The position numbers were made by a program, and so were the translations under genes. A DNA stretch of 10,133 bases, taken from contig CAZUFC010000210.1 in NCBI GenBank assembly GCA_964619725.1, forward strand, positions 1 to 10,133, given 5' to 3'. This document shows, piece after piece, positions 1 to 8,306 of this stretch. The notes beneath the pieces are model-generated. The model made no database searches. It saw nothing but the letters and a program-made list of their open reading frames with translations, and was not told the DNA's origin. The stretch is from an uncultured bacterium (lineage in GTDB: Bacteria; CSSED10-310; CAZUFC01). Numbering within the stretch: position 1 is the first letter of the stretch; each line of letters opens with the position of its first letter.

Positions 1-33
1 AGTCGTTTGAAAGCAAAGCAGGGTTATCATTTG

Positions 34-82
34 AATCGATCGATTACGCTACGCTCACGGAGACAAGCGCCGCTCCGCCGAG
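34..82. repeat. Perfect 12-bp palindrome next to an imperfect GC-rich hairpin, downstream of the operon
   Basis: AATCGATCGATT (34-45) is self-complementary. CTCACGGAG (54-62) pairs imperfectly with CTCCGCCGAG (73-82) around a 10-nt loop. Function not established. Confidence 0.35.
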
Positions 83-174
83 TCTGACAGTTCTTTTTGA
101 GTATCGAGATCACAATTTGTAATCCCTATTTGATCAGTCCCGAAAATTCAGAACTCCCGAACAGACCGCGCCGG

Positions 175-2607
175 TCACTCGACATAACCCAGAGAACGAA
201 GAAGGTCCGTCTCCGAATCGGACAACTCGACGATAGCTGTTTCTTCATTGATATATTTTGTCCGTATCACGGTCATCATATGCGTGAGATGATTCAATTC
301 TGATTTCAGTATTTTCAGGCGTTCTTGATTTTGCTCCGCCAGGTCTGTTTGTTCAGCGGGATCGTTCCCCAGATCATAATAATGAACGGTATCCCGTTTA
401 AAGGAGCGAATCATTTTTTCTTCGCCTGATCTCAAGGATTTGAGGTTTCGATTAAAGCGACTGGTTTCGGCGGGGCAAGGGTAATTTAACAAAAAAGAAA
501 TGTTTTGTTTTCTGAAAAGAGGAGTCAGTTCAGCGCCGCTGAGGGGGAATTTAGGTTCATATTCGATTTCGACGCTGTCCAGAAGAGTCGGGAGAATGTC
601 TACCGTTCGCACAGGAATGTCTATAACCTTCGGTTCATCTATTCCCAGAGGTTTGCCGAAAAATATCAGCGGCACGTGCAGTTGTTCCTGGTAAAGCGTC
701 GTGCCGTGACCCATGGAATCATGATCGCGAAATTCCTCGCCGTGATCGGATGTCACCACAACGATCATATCGGAAAGCATATCCTCTTTCTTCAGGGATT
801 GAATGAGTCGTCCGATTTGGGCATCACAGTACCTGATTTCGCCGTCATAAAGAGAGATGATTCGGTTGAGGTCGTCCGGATCGGGTTCGTTCTTTTTATA
901 TTTGTATTTCAAAACTGAATTTCGATATCCTCCTGTTATTGTTCCCTGGTATTCAGGATCGAACAATTTATCGTAAGGAGCCGGCGGTTCATAATCCCAG
1001 TGAGGGTCGAACATATGAAGGAAAAGAAACAACGGCCTGTTCTTGTTTTTTTCGATAAACCTGAGTCCCTGTTCGACTACTTTTCCCGCTTTGACGTCCT
1101 GTTCGGACGCAAAAACATCGAAACCCCGATCGAAACCGAATGTTTCCGATACATAAAGGTGAGTCGTAAACGCCCCGCTCAGATAGCCGTTGTCAGAAAA
1201 TATCTGTGCTGCAGTGGGAATTTGATCGACAAGCCCGATCTTGTCATCGGCCTGATGAAGGCCGGGGAAAAGCGCCGTGAGCATGGAGGCGTGCGAAGGC
1301 AAAGTCCAGGGCGAAGATGACTCTGCCTGGGAAAAAAGAATGCCGGAAGCTGCCAGGCGATCTATGTTGGGACTGACGGCCCGGGGATAACCCAGACTTC
1401 CTAAATGATCCGCTCGAAGAGTATCAATGCTGATCCATATTACAGAAGGTCTGGCATTCACATCCGATTCGGCATCGAAAAATACCGGATGGGCCCATAA
1501 ACCGGCCGCATGCGAAATGTTTTTCGGCTCGCCCGTTTGCTCCTCGATCGAGTTCGTCGAAAAAAGGATGGATGCCCTTTTGCCTTCAAAACCACTCAGA
1601 GGTAGACGCTTCAGCGTCCAGTCTCCTCCCGGTTCAGCCGTCTCCTGCATCAAAGTCACGATTCGTCCGTTTTCCGTTTTTATTTTTACTTCAAAAAGAG
1701 TCTTCCGTTTTTCTTGGTCAACCGCAAAAACGGCTTCGGGCGCCGCAAAGGCAAAATCCAGGAAACTCTCGTCAGGCATAACCAATTGATAACCGATGTT
1801 GCAGGGAACCGGAACAGCGGCCGCCCGCCGCAGCACATTATTGATCTTATAATCGTCTATCTGAACGGCCTTTTCATATACGAAAGCCCCCGGCTCTCTT
1901 ATTCCGGCTAAAGATATGTCGTCGATGAAAACCTGACCGGCGGCCCTGCCTCCCCGGCCCAGACAGCAGGCTATTTTTATGAATGTCGTTTCCTGAAGCG
2001 TCGTAAAAACATATTCAATTTTCTTCCAATCATCCTTATCTGTTGCTGTTTCTTCAAAGTCCCTGTGATGCTTCAATGCCGAATAATTCTGTGCATGTTC
2101 ATCCTTTTTGCCGTTCCTGCTTTTGTATTCAGACAGATAAAAAACTCCGGCCATTGATGCCTGTTGCGGCCTGATATTTTTCCTTCGAATGTATGCCGTA
2201 AAACGGTATCTGGTTTTACCTTGTATTTTAAAGGCATGAAATATTTCCGCTTCTGCTCCCTCATCGCCGTTTCCCTCGTCTATATCCCATATTTTATAAG
2301 AGTATTTTCCGCTGTACGCTGATTGAGACGTCCGGTTCGCCCTGGCTTTACCCTCGGAAATCCTTAGTCGCCAGGGCCTTTCGGATTTTTGTTCAAAGTT
2401 ATCGGATAAAATGATTTTTTCAAAAGCAGCAGTTTTATTAATGTGTTCATGGACCGGCAATTCAGGAAAGATCGCAGCCTCATCAATTCTTTTCAGGAAA
2501 TCGAAATATTGGACGCTCTCAGGTTTCTGTCTGACGGGCAGCATCAAATCTACGGCAATCAGGAGAACGACGGCGAACAAGAGTATGTAGAAAGTTTTCT
2601 TTTTCAT
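175..2607 (-). CDS. Membrane-anchored sulfatase-like hydrolase/transferase (alkaline phosphatase superfamily) with N-terminal carbohydrate-binding-like beta-sandwich domains, 810 aa
   Basis: The N-terminus is MKKK plus a hydrophobic stretch (signal or anchor). The C-terminal half has sulfatase-fold motifs ISIDTLRADHL, SPWTLPSHASMLT, FGFDRGFD, LHMFDPHWDY, YDGEIRYCD, TSDHGEEF..HG and HVPLI, and ends in LRSLGYV. The N-terminal part has CBM4/9-like motifs (AYSGKYSYKI, YRFTAYIR, WKKIEYVFTT, VFIDDISL). No clear Shine-Dalgarno site. Confidence 0.88.
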   Translation of the reverse strand: MKKKTFYILLFAVVLLIAVDLMLPVRQKPESVQYFDFLKRIDEAAIFPELPVHEHINKTAAFEKIILSDNFEQKSERPWRLRISEGKARANRTSQSAYSGKYSYKIWDIDEGNGDEGAEAEIFHAFKIQGKTRYRFTAYIRRKNIRPQQASMAGVFYLSEYKSRNGKKDEHAQNYSALKHHRDFEETATDKDDWKKIEYVFTTLQETTFIKIACCLGRGGRAAGQVFIDDISLAGIREPGAFVYEKAVQIDDYKINNVLRRAAAVPVPCNIGYQLVMPDESFLDFAFAAPEAVFAVDQEKRKTLFEVKIKTENGRIVTLMQETAEPGGDWTLKRLPLSGFEGKRASILFSTNSIEEQTGEPKNISHAAGLWAHPVFFDAESDVNARPSVIWISIDTLRADHLGSLGYPRAVSPNIDRLAASGILFSQAESSSPWTLPSHASMLTALFPGLHQADDKIGLVDQIPTAAQIFSDNGYLSGAFTTHLYVSETFGFDRGFDVFASEQDVKAGKVVEQGLRFIEKNKNRPLFLFLHMFDPHWDYEPPAPYDKLFDPEYQGTITGGYRNSVLKYKYKKNEPDPDDLNRIISLYDGEIRYCDAQIGRLIQSLKKEDMLSDMIVVVTSDHGEEFRDHDSMGHGTTLYQEQLHVPLIFFGKPLGIDEPKVIDIPVRTVDILPTLLDSVEIEYEPKFPLSGAELTPLFRKQNISFLLNYPCPAETSRFNRNLKSLRSGEEKMIRSFKRDTVHYYDLGNDPAEQTDLAEQNQERLKILKSELNHLTHMMTVIRTKYINEETAIVELSDSETDLLRSLGYVE

Positions 2608-2659
2608 AAGGAATGGTTCACTTGACGCATTAAGTATTCACATCATAAAAAGAATGAAT

Positions 2660-3817
2660 TCAAACCAGGATGCGCGGATGGATCGGATTGATCCGTGAGA
2701 CTATTTCATAATTAATCGTTCCGCAAAGCTGCGCCAGGTTTTCAGCGGTTATTACCTCATTTCCGTTTTTGCCCAGCAGGACCGCTTCGTCTTCCAGCCG
2801 CACCCCCGGAATATCCGTAACGTCTGCCATGATGTGGTTCATGCAGACGCGGCCTCGGACGGGAGCTCTTTGCCCTTTTATAAGAACGTGAGCTCTGTTG
2901 GACAAAAGCCTGTCGTACCCGTCGTAGTAACCAACGGGCAGAACGGCGAGTTTTGTTTTTCGAGTGGTGCGATAGGTGCATCCGTATCCTACGAAAGCGC
3001 CCCTGGAGACTGTTTTTATTTGTGCGATGCGCGTTTTCCAGGTCATGACGGGAATGAGTTCCATATTTGAGTCCTGGGTCATAAGCGAAGAAAGATATGT
3101 TTCCTTGGATGGCCATAGACCGTATAAGCCGATACCGACCCTGGCCAGGTTGAAAAAGGTTTCATCGAACAAGATAGCGGCAGCAGTGCAAGCCGTATGC
3201 TTGTAATGCGCCTTAATCCCTTTTTGTTCAAATTTTTCCGTTATTCCGGCAAATTCTTCCAGTTGATTTCCGGCGTAAGTATGGACCGTCGTATCTTCTA
3301 TATTGGCGTAATGCGTGGAAAAACCCGCCAATTTCAGAAATTCTGATTTTTTCAACAGGTCGACATTCCTGTCGATCTGTTCCGGCATTAATCCCTGGCG
3401 GTTGGTTCCTGTTTCTATTTTCAAATGAATTTTTGCTTTCTTGTTCAACTTTGAACCGATTTTATTTAAAGCCCGGAGGCTTTCCAGATTATAGACCACC
3501 ATATCCAGGTCCTGGTTTACGGCTTCGGGAAGCCTGGCGAGAGGAACATACGATAAGATCATGACGGGAGATTTTATATTACTTTCGCGCAGGATCAGGG
3601 CTTCATCGATCGAATTGACGGCGAGTCCGTCGGCGCCGGCTTTAAGGACTATGGGCCCGCACAGAGTCAAACCGTGTCCGTATGCGTTGGACTTCACAAC
3701 AGCGAACAGGCTTACATCTCTGCCCAGGCGTTTCTTGAACTGTTTAACGTTATGCGACAGAGCTTCCTCATTTATTTCAATCCATATATTATGCTTTTTA
3801 TTCGTCAATCTTTTCAC
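2660..3817 (-). CDS. alr: Alanine racemase (PLP-dependent, fold type III)
   Basis: PLP-lysine motif AVVKSNAYGHG (K42), HLKIETGTNRQG, ARVGIGLYG, catalytic Tyr in VGYGCTY (Y278), PVGYYDG, GRVCM and C-terminal GTINYEIVSRI. The start is either GTG at 3817 or the in-frame TTG at 3808, which has better spacing from AAGGGGTG. Confidence 0.95.
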   Translation of the reverse strand: MKRLTNKKHNIWIEINEEALSHNVKQFKKRLGRDVSLFAVVKSNAYGHGLTLCGPIVLKAGADGLAVNSIDEALILRESNIKSPVMILSYVPLARLPEAVNQDLDMVVYNLESLRALNKIGSKLNKKAKIHLKIETGTNRQGLMPEQIDRNVDLLKKSEFLKLAGFSTHYANIEDTTVHTYAGNQLEEFAGITEKFEQKGIKAHYKHTACTAAAILFDETFFNLARVGIGLYGLWPSKETYLSSLMTQDSNMELIPVMTWKTRIAQIKTVSRGAFVGYGCTYRTTRKTKLAVLPVGYYDGYDRLLSNRAHVLIKGQRAPVRGRVCMNHIMADVTDIPGVRLEDEAVLLGKNGNEVITAENLAQLCGTINYEIVSRINPIHPRILV

Positions 3818-4805
3818 CCCTTAATTTACGAACGAAGGAGGACAGTTCCATCAGAACGCCTATCCAGTCGGCATCGAATATTCGACGAAGTTCACGAATG
3901 GAAATTTTTCTGTTTTTCTGGATGCTTTTTCTTTTTTTCAGCATTCTGGGTGCGCCCCTGAGTCCGTCCCAATGTCCTTTAATGTAAGGCGCCGGCATTC
4001 CTTTCAGCAGATAGGCGAAGAAGGTCATGAATCGATGAAGCAGTATATGAGGCAGATAAAGGAGCAGCAGGGAAGCGGGCATATTTTTAATCAGCGCCCA
4101 GACCATATTTCTGTAGCAGTAATAAATGGAATTTACGTTGTTTTCTCCGATAGTGGCGCGGACCTTGTGATATACAACGGCTTCGGGAACGTAGAGACAT
4201 TGAAAGCCATGAAGTTGCGCTCGAAAAGAGATGTCGATGTCTTCCTGGAAAATGAACATATCTTCGTCGAATAAACCTATTTGCTCGAATATTTGTTTTC
4301 GATAGGCCGCGGCTCCTGCGCATGCTCCGAACACCTTTTCGCTTTTGGTTCCCGTTTCCGAAGCGTTTCGCCGCCAGCCCCGCTTATAGCCGAATCCTGC
4401 AATGGTAAAACCGTCTCCGGCGGTGTCGATGAGGTTTCGTTGATCGAAAATAAGCATCTTTGAAGCGCAGAAGCCTGCAGAAGGATTGGAATCCAGCGTT
4501 GCAACGAGATATTCTAACCATCGCGGGTCTGCTTCCGTATCGTTGTTGAGCAGGACGATAATTTCGCCCCGGGCGCGTTTGATACCTTCGTTTACAGCCC
4601 GTGGGAATCCCAATCTGGCGGGATAGGCAAGTATTCTGACTGATGGAAAGTTCTGACTGATAAAATCGACAGACCCGTCGTCGGACCCGTTGTCTACGAC
4701 CAGTATTTCAAATTTTCTAAAGGTTTGCCTTTTCAGAGACCCCAGACAGGCTTTCAAATGATGCCTGCCGTTCCAATTTGGTATAATAACGCTGGCTGAA
4801 ATCAC
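3798..4805 (-). CDS. Family 2 glycosyltransferase (GT-A fold, WbbL/RfbF-like group), 335 aa; donor sugar unknown
   Basis: SVIIPNWNG, VVDNGSDDGS, LGFPRAVNEG, LLNNDT (DxD equivalent), GLFDEDMFIFQEDIDISFR and VYH motifs. GTG start 8 nt after the upstream stop, preceded by AGGGA. Confidence 0.92.
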   Translation of the reverse strand: MISASVIIPNWNGRHHLKACLGSLKRQTFRKFEILVVDNGSDDGSVDFISQNFPSVRILAYPARLGFPRAVNEGIKRARGEIIVLLNNDTEADPRWLEYLVATLDSNPSAGFCASKMLIFDQRNLIDTAGDGFTIAGFGYKRGWRRNASETGTKSEKVFGACAGAAAYRKQIFEQIGLFDEDMFIFQEDIDISFRAQLHGFQCLYVPEAVVYHKVRATIGENNVNSIYYCYRNMVWALIKNMPASLLLLYLPHILLHRFMTFFAYLLKGMPAPYIKGHWDGLRGAPRMLKKRKSIQKNRKISIRELRRIFDADWIGVLMELSSFVRKLRGEKIDE

Positions 4806-4813
4806 GGGAATCC

Positions 4814-7132
4814 CTATCTTTTTGTGAAAAAGCCCCGGGCGATTTTCGGTATGCTCTTCAGCAGTATAGTCAGGTCCATCAGAAGAGATCGATTCTTGAT
4901 ATAGTAAAAATCATAAAGCAGATTCTCGTGCAGCGGCAATCCGCGCGGTCCGTAAAGCTGCCACAATCCCGCGATGCCGGGTTTTACATCCAGACGCTTC
5001 TTTTGCCAGTCGTCGTATCGCGATACAATTTCGGGAAATTCGGGGCGAGGACCCACCAGGCTCATTTCTCCCCGAAGCACATTGAAGATTTGAGGCAATT
5101 CATCCAGACCGCTTTTTTCCATGAAATGACCGAAGCGAGCGGCTTTTTGATTCTTCGGGCTGTTCTGACCGTTATTTTTTAATTGAGTTCTGAACCGAAA
5201 AAGCCGGAATAATTTCCCATAGCGTCCGACCATAAGTTGTCTGTTGAAAATCGGAGTGCCGAAATAGGTGTAAACCAGCAGGCTCAGAACCGCAATAACA
5301 GGGGAGAGAAGCAGTACCAGAGGTATCGCCAGAATATAATCAAGCAGAGTTTTAACGAAAAACTTCAGTCGGCTGAGCCGCTCCTCCCGTAACTCGATAA
5401 AGGGCAGATCGAATATTTTATCCACATCAGCGCCTCTGGTCATGATTCCAAACAAGTCGGAAACGACCCTGAACCTGACGCCTTCTTTTTCATGCCTGGT
5501 AACCAGGTTAAAAGTATCTTCCGGCGTCAGATCGGGTTTGACGATCAGTATTTCATCGATACGTTCCTTTTTGATGATTGAATCCAGTCTATCCTTCGTT
5601 CCCAGAAAAGGAATGCCGTTCAATTGAGTTTCTTCTGCTTCATCGTCGTCGATCATGCCGACCACTTTGTATCCGACTTCGAGATGGTTGTTAAGCTGAG
5701 AGGCTATCATTTTACCGGTTTCGCCGCATCCGTAGATGAGAATCCGTATTGAATTATATCCTTTCGTCAGCATCTTTCGATGGAGGTTATTGATTAAATA
5801 CCTGAAAAAATTAACGAAAATTATGCTGCAGAGCCAGAATAATATAATCAGGGAGCGGGAGAAATCCCACTTCAGAAAAAATGAAACGGATATGACGACC
5901 AGGAAAACCTGCGAAACCGCTTTTGTTGTTTCCAGCGATTCCCAGGCTGAAGAAATGGTTCGTCTTTCCCTGTAAAGACCGCGGCTGCTGAAGACCAGCA
6001 GCCAGAAAAGTATGATGAACGGCATCTGCGCCAGGTATATCGCCAGCGTATGATCGAAAGGCGCCAGAAGGCCGGCGAGCGCCTCCGTTCGTATCCAGAA
6101 AGCCGTGAAAAAGGAAATGAGTAATCCTGCCAGGTCGGCCGTCAGCAACAAGGCAGGAATAAGGACATCCCTGCGTTTTTGAGATAGAATGCCGGCGAAG
6201 CTGCCGAAGGCGAACACTGCCGACCTTAAAAAAAGCATAAGGGGCGCCGCCGCCGCAGCTTTTTTATCATGTTTAAGGGCAAACAAAACGAATTTCGTTG
6301 TGCTTGTCAGAAAAAGCGCGAGAATTATTCCTGGTACCAGGGAAAATTTCCAGTCAACCAACAGCGGAATTAAGGAAAGAACGAACAGTCCGGCCAGTAG
6401 TATCTGTAATTTCAGTATTTGCGGCGTATAAGAATCGGAAATTATCTTACCGGGGAATTTTTTATAAACGATAATACGCCAGTAAGCCCGGAGAAACTTG
6501 GTGAATAGATAATCGCCAATGCTTTCCGGGTGCTTGTGATAGACCGCTGCTTTTGGGTTAAAAATCATCTTGCACCCGGCATCGGCGAGTTTATAACTGA
6601 GTTCCACATCTTCGTTGTTGGCGACGGGAAAATTGGGATTGAATCCGCCCATTTTGTCGAAAGTGTCCCGTCGAAAGGCGGCGGCATGGGAATCCACGAA
6701 ATCGATGTAACGCCGTTTCGACATACGCTTATAACGATCCTCAAATTCTATTTGAGCGAATCTTGCCGTCATTTTTTTCTGCCGGGTTCGATAGACTCCT
6801 TTTACGCCGTGAATTTGAGGATTCTCCCGCAACGGCGCGGACATTTCTTCAACCCATTGACGGTCAGGAACGCAGTCGGCATCGGTAAAAAGCACATATT
6901 CGCCGGAACTGTTTTTGACCCCCAGGTTGCGCGCTGCAGCCGGACCCTGGTTATCCTGCTGAATGACTTTAGCCCCGAGTTTTTCCGCTTTCTCTGCAGT
7001 GTCGTCCGTTGAACCGTCGTCGACGACGATTACTTCATATTCCTCTTTGTCAAGCGACTGATCCGCCAGTGCCTGAAGGCAATCTTCCAGGCAATCCGAG
7101 GCATTGTAAGCGGGTATGACGACGGAAATCAT
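4814..7132 (-). CDS. Fusion protein, 772 aa: N-terminal GT2 glycosyltransferase, a transmembrane region, and a WcaJ/WbaP-like exopolysaccharide polyprenyl phosphoglycosyltransferase (4 TM, Rossmann-like domain, Bac_transf domain)
   Basis: GT2 motifs ISVVIPAYN, VVDDGSTDDT, GPAAARNLG, FTDADC and NEDVELSY. These are followed by hydrophobic segments, RILIYGCGETG...GYKVVGMIDDD (Rossmann-like), KTLLDYILA, LDELPQIFNVLRGEMSLVGPRP, KPGIAGLWQ and DFYYIKNRSLLMDLTIL. ATG preceded by AGAGGA. Confidence 0.92.
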   Translation of the reverse strand: MISVVIPAYNASDCLEDCLQALADQSLDKEEYEVIVVDDGSTDDTAEKAEKLGAKVIQQDNQGPAAARNLGVKNSSGEYVLFTDADCVPDRQWVEEMSAPLRENPQIHGVKGVYRTRQKKMTARFAQIEFEDRYKRMSKRRYIDFVDSHAAAFRRDTFDKMGGFNPNFPVANNEDVELSYKLADAGCKMIFNPKAAVYHKHPESIGDYLFTKFLRAYWRIIVYKKFPGKIISDSYTPQILKLQILLAGLFVLSLIPLLVDWKFSLVPGIILALFLTSTTKFVLFALKHDKKAAAAAPLMLFLRSAVFAFGSFAGILSQKRRDVLIPALLLTADLAGLLISFFTAFWIRTEALAGLLAPFDHTLAIYLAQMPFIILFWLLVFSSRGLYRERRTISSAWESLETTKAVSQVFLVVISVSFFLKWDFSRSLIILFWLCSIIFVNFFRYLINNLHRKMLTKGYNSIRILIYGCGETGKMIASQLNNHLEVGYKVVGMIDDDEAEETQLNGIPFLGTKDRLDSIIKKERIDEILIVKPDLTPEDTFNLVTRHEKEGVRFRVVSDLFGIMTRGADVDKIFDLPFIELREERLSRLKFFVKTLLDYILAIPLVLLLSPVIAVLSLLVYTYFGTPIFNRQLMVGRYGKLFRLFRFRTQLKNNGQNSPKNQKAARFGHFMEKSGLDELPQIFNVLRGEMSLVGPRPEFPEIVSRYDDWQKKRLDVKPGIAGLWQLYGPRGLPLHENLLYDFYYIKNRSLLMDLTILLKSIPKIARGFFTKR

Positions 7133-7145
7133 CTGACGGTATCCT

Positions 7146-8306
7146 CTACGACTTGTCGGCGCTCATGCGTCGAATCGTTTGCTTCGATTTTGTTTCCAAT
7201 AATTCAATTGCTTTCTCCATTACTACATCCGTACTGATATTATCCATACATCGCGGATTCTCGCAACCCGGAAAAGGACTGTTGCTGTAACAGGGACTGC
7301 AATCCATATCCGATACCACGGCTTTTACGGGGCTCTCCGGCGCCAAAAGGCTTCGGGGATTCGTCGGTCCGAAAATAGCCGTAGTCGGCACACCCAAAGC
7401 AGCTCCCAGATGCATAGGCGCTGAATCGTTCGTAATCAGAAGATCGGAATTTCCGATGAGCGCCCCCATCTCATGCACTGTCGTTTCCCGGCTGATAATT
7501 ATGTTATCCCGAAAAAGAGAATCCTGCTTTATTTTATCAGCCAGAGACTCCTCCCCAGGTCCGGCAAGAACTAAAACAGTGGCGTCCAACTGTTCGATCA
7601 GTTCATCGCCTGTTTCCCTGAATCGATCTACAGGCCAACGCTTCGCATTTACTTCATCGCGGGGATTCCTGCCCCCGCCCGGAAAAAGCGCGATCACGGG
7701 ACCTCTTTTTCCTTCAAGCAACTTTTCAGCCTTCTCCACAGCGCTCTTTTCCGGAAAAAATTGCATGCTGCCCCGCCGCGCATCTTTTTTCAGCATTCGG
7801 ACCAGGGCAAAAAACATATCGCCGGCATAACGCTCCCCGTTCGGTTCCCATTCCGCCTTCTCCGTCAGGAGAAAACCGGAATGGTCATGGTCCAATCCTA
7901 TCAGTACGGGAATGCGTGCGCTGTATATCCAGAGTTGAATGAAAGGGCTGGGGTGAAAAATGAGGGCTGCATCGTAATGATTTTTTTTTAACTTTTTCGC
8001 ATGCCGTCGCAAGCGGAACAGGCGGCGCTCGTGAAGGTCTGAATCGGGAAACGTTATAATGCGGTCCAGATAGGGGTTCCCGATCAATGCCGGCGCTGAC
8101 CATTCTCCCGTCAGATAATCGATTTGAGCCTTCGGAAAACTGCGTCTTAATGCGGCAATGGCCGGAGTGGTCATCAGGACATCGCCGATGGCATGAGTTT
8201 TAACCAGGAGAAACCGGTTTAAAGCGCCGCGCAACAGCTTCCTTTTAGCCTGTACACGACGCCTGGCCGTGAGAATACCTGCTGTTGCGGCAATAAAACG
8301 ATTCAT
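7146..8306 (-). CDS. Family 9 glycosyltransferase (ADP-heptose:LPS heptosyltransferase WaaF/WaaQ-like, GT-B fold), about 386 aa
   Basis: AIGDVLMTTPAIAALRRSFPKAQIDYL, YDAALIF, AKRWP, LITNDSAPMHLGAALGVPTTAIFGPT and C-terminal CSPC..C..CM motifs. I reassign the start from 8462 to the ATG at 8306 (MNRFIAA), which overlaps the yggT stop as ATGA and avoids a 160-nt overlap. Confidence 0.9.
   Translation of the reverse strand: MNRFIAATAGILTARRRVQAKRKLLRGALNRFLLVKTHAIGDVLMTTPAIAALRRSFPKAQIDYLTGEWSAPALIGNPYLDRIITFPDSDLHERRLFRLRRHAKKLKKNHYDAALIFHPSPFIQLWIYSARIPVLIGLDHDHSGFLLTEKAEWEPNGERYAGDMFFALVRMLKKDARRGSMQFFPEKSAVEKAEKLLEGKRGPVIALFPGGGRNPRDEVNAKRWPVDRFRETGDELIEQLDATVLVLAGPGEESLADKIKQDSLFRDNIIISRETTVHEMGALIGNSDLLITNDSAPMHLGAALGVPTTAIFGPTNPRSLLAPESPVKAVVSDMDCSPCYSNSPFPGCENPRCMDNISTDVVMEKAIELLETKSKQTIRRMSADKS

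Noticed and set aside
2622-2649. Plus-strand TTGACG-N16-CATAAA as an antisense promoter into alr
   Set aside because: The -10 match is weak and lies in an AT-rich spacer, so it is expected by chance.
97-7991. Numerous short plus-strand ORFs (60-160 aa) and short alternative-frame minus-strand ORFs
   Set aside because: All overlap well-supported minus-strand genes and have no recognisable motifs, so I treat them as shadow ORFs.
7146-8306. Assigning the gene symbol waaF/rfaF
   Set aside because: GT9 membership is clear, but WaaC, WaaF, WaaQ and other GT9 specificities cannot be separated by eye.
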